From an uncultured Alphaproteobacteria bacterium (GTDB taxonomy: Bacteria > Pseudomonadota > Alphaproteobacteria > Rhizobiales > Rhodomicrobiaceae), in the NCBI GenBank assembly GCA_963760455.1, contig CAVXDM010000040.1, positions 20,015 to 84,014 on the forward strand: 64,000 nucleotides of DNA, in the 5' to 3' direction. Below, in pieces: positions 61,622 through 64,000 of the stretch; the stretch's first letter is position 1, and every line of letters begins with the position of its first letter. A program made the position numbers and the translations under genes. The notes under the pieces were generated by a model. That model saw only the letters and a program-made list of their open reading frames with translations. It had not been told where the DNA came from and searched no databases.

Positions 61622-63073
61622 ATGCGAGCGTTTTTCGCGGCGGTGGCGCTGATGCTGGTTTGTTGCGGCGGCGCGTTAGCGGGTGGCGGTGGCAAGGAGG
61701 CCGGCGGCGATATGGCTCGCTACGATAAGGCCATTCGCGCCGATCCAAAAGACGCCGAACCCTATGTGTCGCGCGGTAATGCCTACCACCGCAGGGGCGA
61801 CTACGCCCGCGCCATCGCGGATTACGATGAGGCCCTCCGGCTCAACCCGAACTATGTTTATGCCTATTGCTTCCGGGGTACGGCCTACAGCGCCAAGGGC
61901 GAACAGGACCGCGCCATCGCAAGTTTCGATGAGGCGCTGCGCAAGAACCCGCAAATGGAGATGGCCTATGAGGGCCGGGGCGATGCCTACGCCGCGAAGG
62001 GCGATTTCGCGCGCGCAAATACCGATTACGGGCGCGTGCTTGAGCTTAATCCGAACCATCCACGCGCCAGAGAAGCGCGTGGCAAAAGTCTTCTCGCACT
62101 GGACAAGCCTGGCGAGGCGCTGGAGGATTTCAACGAGGCGCTGCGGCAGAACGCAAACGCCATCGGAGCGCATTGGGGCCGCGCCCAGGCTTATGAGCGG
62201 CAAGGGCTGCGCGGCGCCGCGCTGGCGGACTATAAACAGGCTATCGAGCTGAAAGCGGGCAATCCGGACGAGAAGGATGTGCAGGAGAAGGCGCGGGCGA
62301 GGCTGGCCGCGCTGGAAGCTCCCGCCCCTGCGCCGGCTCCGGTGGAGGGGCCAAGGTCCGCGGGGCCTATCGGCAGACGGGTGGCGCTCGTCATCGGCAA
62401 CGGCGCGTACAAGGCCGTGGGCGAGCTTGGAAACCCGAAGAACGACGCGGCGGCGGTGGCGCGGCAGCTTGAGCGGCTGGGATTCGAGGTGATCGAGAAG
62501 CACGATCTTGGCGTAACGGCAATGCGCAAGGCGCTGGGCGAGTTCGAGGACAAAGCCACCGGCGCGGAATGGGCCTTCGTTTATTACGCGGGCCACGGCA
62601 TGGAGCTGAACGGCAAGAACTGGCTCATTCCGGTCGATGCGGAGCTGGCGCGCGCCACGGATACGCCAGACGAGGCGGTTCCCCTGGAGCGTGTTCTCGA
62701 CCGGCTGGCGGTTGCAAGCAAGCTGCGCATCGTGGTGCTCGACGCTTGCCGCAACAACCCGTTCCTGACGCGCATGGTGATGGGCCGGACGGCAATGCGC
62801 GCGGTGGTGCGCGGACTCACCGCCGTGGAGCCGAGCCACGGCGAGGTAGTGTTCTACGCCGCTCGCGACGGCAGCACCGCGCTGGATGGTAGCGGCGGCA
62901 ACAGCCCGTTCGCGTCCGCGTTTGTGAAGCACCTGGACGAGGACGGCGTCGAGCTTGGCCGCTTCTTCCGCCGCGTGACGAGCACCGTGCTCGCCAGCAC
63001 CAACAACCAGCAGGAGCCGTTCGTCTACGGCCGCATCCCCGACGAGGACTTCTATTTCAAGCCGCCACGGTAA
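61622..63073 (+). CDS. Secreted TPR-repeat protein fused to a caspase-like (peptidase C14) domain.
   Basis: RBS GGGGAAGGGGAG before ATG 61622. A signal/lipoprotein-like N-terminus MRAFFAAVALMLVCCGG. Five to six TPR repeats. Caspase core RRVALVIGNGAY...YYAGHGMEL...VVLDACRNNPF with a His/Cys dyad. An alternative in-frame upstream start lies at 61472. Confidence 0.8.
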   Translation: MRAFFAAVALMLVCCGGALAGGGGKEAGGDMARYDKAIRADPKDAEPYVSRGNAYHRRGDYARAIADYDEALRLNPNYVYAYCFRGTAYSAKGEQDRAIASFDEALRKNPQMEMAYEGRGDAYAAKGDFARANTDYGRVLELNPNHPRAREARGKSLLALDKPGEALEDFNEALRQNANAIGAHWGRAQAYERQGLRGAALADYKQAIELKAGNPDEKDVQEKARARLAALEAPAPAPAPVEGPRSAGPIGRRVALVIGNGAYKAVGELGNPKNDAAAVARQLERLGFEVIEKHDLGVTAMRKALGEFEDKATGAEWAFVYYAGHGMELNGKNWLIPVDAELARATDTPDEAVPLERVLDRLAVASKLRIVVLDACRNNPFLTRMVMGRTAMRAVVRGLTAVEPSHGEVVFYAARDGSTALDGSGGNSPFASAFVKHLDEDGVELGRFFRRVTSTVLASTNNQQEPFVYGRIPDEDFYFKPPR

Positions 63074-63086
63074 TCCCGGCGCAAGA

Positions 63087-63208
63087 CCCCCTCACCCCAG
63101 CCCTCTCCCCAAGGGGAGAGGGAGAAAAAGGCTGCGGCCTTTGTCGAAGGTACACGGCTAATTCTAGCGTTCTCTCTCCCCTTGGGGAGAGAGACAGAGT
63201 GAGGGGGG
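63087..63208. repeat. Family-1 GC-rich palindromic repeat.
   Basis: ccccctcaccccagccctctccccaaggggagagggag ... tctctctccccttggggagagagacagagtgagggggg. Confidence 0.85.
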
Positions 63209-63333
63209 ACTTTTCGCCCGGAAAGCCGGAGACGCCGCGATACGATCGCACCCGTTAACCATTCTTATGCACAAAAGTTTAATTCAATTTCGTCTATTTT
63301 CATCAAAGAGCTGGTTGCGTAGGGATTTGGAAC

Positions 63334-63654
63334 ATGACGGCGGCGGACTTCCTGCGTTTTGTCATTATCGTTAGCCTCGGTGTGCTTGCCTTTATTACGT
63401 TTCTGGTTGCTGGCACCATGGTTGGCCTGATGTGGCTCGATAGCTGGACCTGCGGTACATGCGCCCGCTATCCGGCGGGGCTCTACATCATGGGCTTGCT
63501 TGGCGTGCTGCTGGCGGCGTCGCTCGGCATGGAAGCGGCGGAGGCGCCGGCAATATGGGGGCCGTGGATCAAGAAGAACCGGGATCTCCTCATCGTTGGC
63601 GGCATCAGCTTCGTCGCGCTGATTGTCGTTATGAATTCGCGCTGGTGGATTTAG
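63334..63654 (+). CDS. Small hypothetical membrane protein (3 TM helices).
   Basis: 106-aa ORF with a hydrophobic profile and normal codon usage. The RBS is weak. Confidence 0.45.
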   Translation: MTAADFLRFVIIVSLGVLAFITFLVAGTMVGLMWLDSWTCGTCARYPAGLYIMGLLGVLLAASLGMEAAEAPAIWGPWIKKNRDLLIVGGISFVALIVVMNSRWWI

Positions 63655-63682
63655 GCAGCGGCCCCCGCAGCGCGCCTGAAGG

Positions 63683-63926
63683 CCCCCTCACCCACGCCCT
63701 CTTCCCATGGGGTGAGGGGGCACACACGCCGTCATCCCGGAAAGCGCGCCGGCGCTTTTCCGGGATCGCAAACTATGCCGGTCTGACACCGGCGGACAAA
63801 AGTTCGGACCGCTCAGGTACAGCGCCGTCATCGCGAGGCCGCGTGAGCGGCCGTGGCGATCCAGGAGCAACCCGATACCGCTGCGTCTGCCGGTCTCTGG
63901 ATTGCTTCGCTCCGCTCGCAATGACG
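63683..63926. repeat. Stacked cluster of three repeat families. A family-1 half element (63683-63720), a family-2 element (63730-63767) and a family-3 element (63824-63926) lie together.
   Basis: ccccctcacccacgccctcttcccatggggtgaggggg, then gtcatcccggaaagcgcgccggcgcttttccgggatcgc, then cgtcatcgcgaggccgcgtgagcgg...ctggattgcttcgctccgctcgcaatgacg. Confidence 0.75.
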
Positions 63927-64000
63927 CGGAGAGGTCAAGACTTATGCCCGCCGGTATTGGGGCCGCTGGTATTATTTCATCGTCGGGATGACGAACTCGG

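Overview
This window is a high-GC (about 64-65%) alphaproteobacterial, Rhizobiales-like chromosomal segment, with ordinary housekeeping genes interleaved with accessory content.

Gene content, left to right:
- 1-7.1 kb, minus strand: the regulatory and maturation tail of a [NiFe]-hydrogenase cluster (hupT/hoxJ kinase, hoxA sigma54 activator, hypX, hypE, hypD, hypC). hypX is interrupted by a 105-bp palindromic repeat.
- ABM monooxygenase, a 1022-aa membrane PAS/HWE sensor kinase, panE, an AAE3-like acyl-CoA synthetase and a CheY-like receiver.
- A minus-strand operon of a FAD-linked oxidase (AGPS-like), glpD and an FGGY kinase.
- 19.4-23.9 kb: a compact TOMM/LAP RiPP cluster. It has a precursor with a Gly/Cys-rich microcin-B17-like core, a fused E1-like/YcaO cyclodehydratase and a SagB-type dehydrogenase, followed by a convergent two-domain VOC (bleomycin-resistance-like) gene.
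- 24.8-25.9 kb: an ORF-free, purine-rich region that looks like a large structured RNA.
- Serine-cycle-type glycerate 2-kinase, ada, a low-GC islet, a flotillin, rlmH-rsfS and zur-znuCB.
- 37-49 kb: a respiratory island. It carries cytochrome c4, ctaB, coxC, sco, coxB, coxA, a 40-aa TM peptide, DUF420 and a large membrane protein, then a Cyc2-like fused monoheme-cytochrome/beta-barrel porin plus two more diheme c4 cytochromes. Two near-identical FixK/FNR boxes (TTGA-N6-TCAA) sit upstream of ctaB and of the cyc2-like gene.
- arsC and an LMW-PTP, an alpha/beta hydrolase, hsp20, rlmD, tlyA, two convergent SET-domain paralogs, nadABC, and a secreted TPR-caspase.

Assembly quality: more than 15 genes, including nadB, rsfS, rlmD and znuC, carry single-base frame breaks. 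That pattern points to indel noise in this assembly rather than mass pseudogenisation, so every frame-dependent claim carries that caveat.

Repeats: at least four GC-rich palindromic REP/MITE-like families occur (about 20 copies in total), one MITE has 31-bp TIRs, and a novel AT-rich element of about 270 bp is present in three copies.
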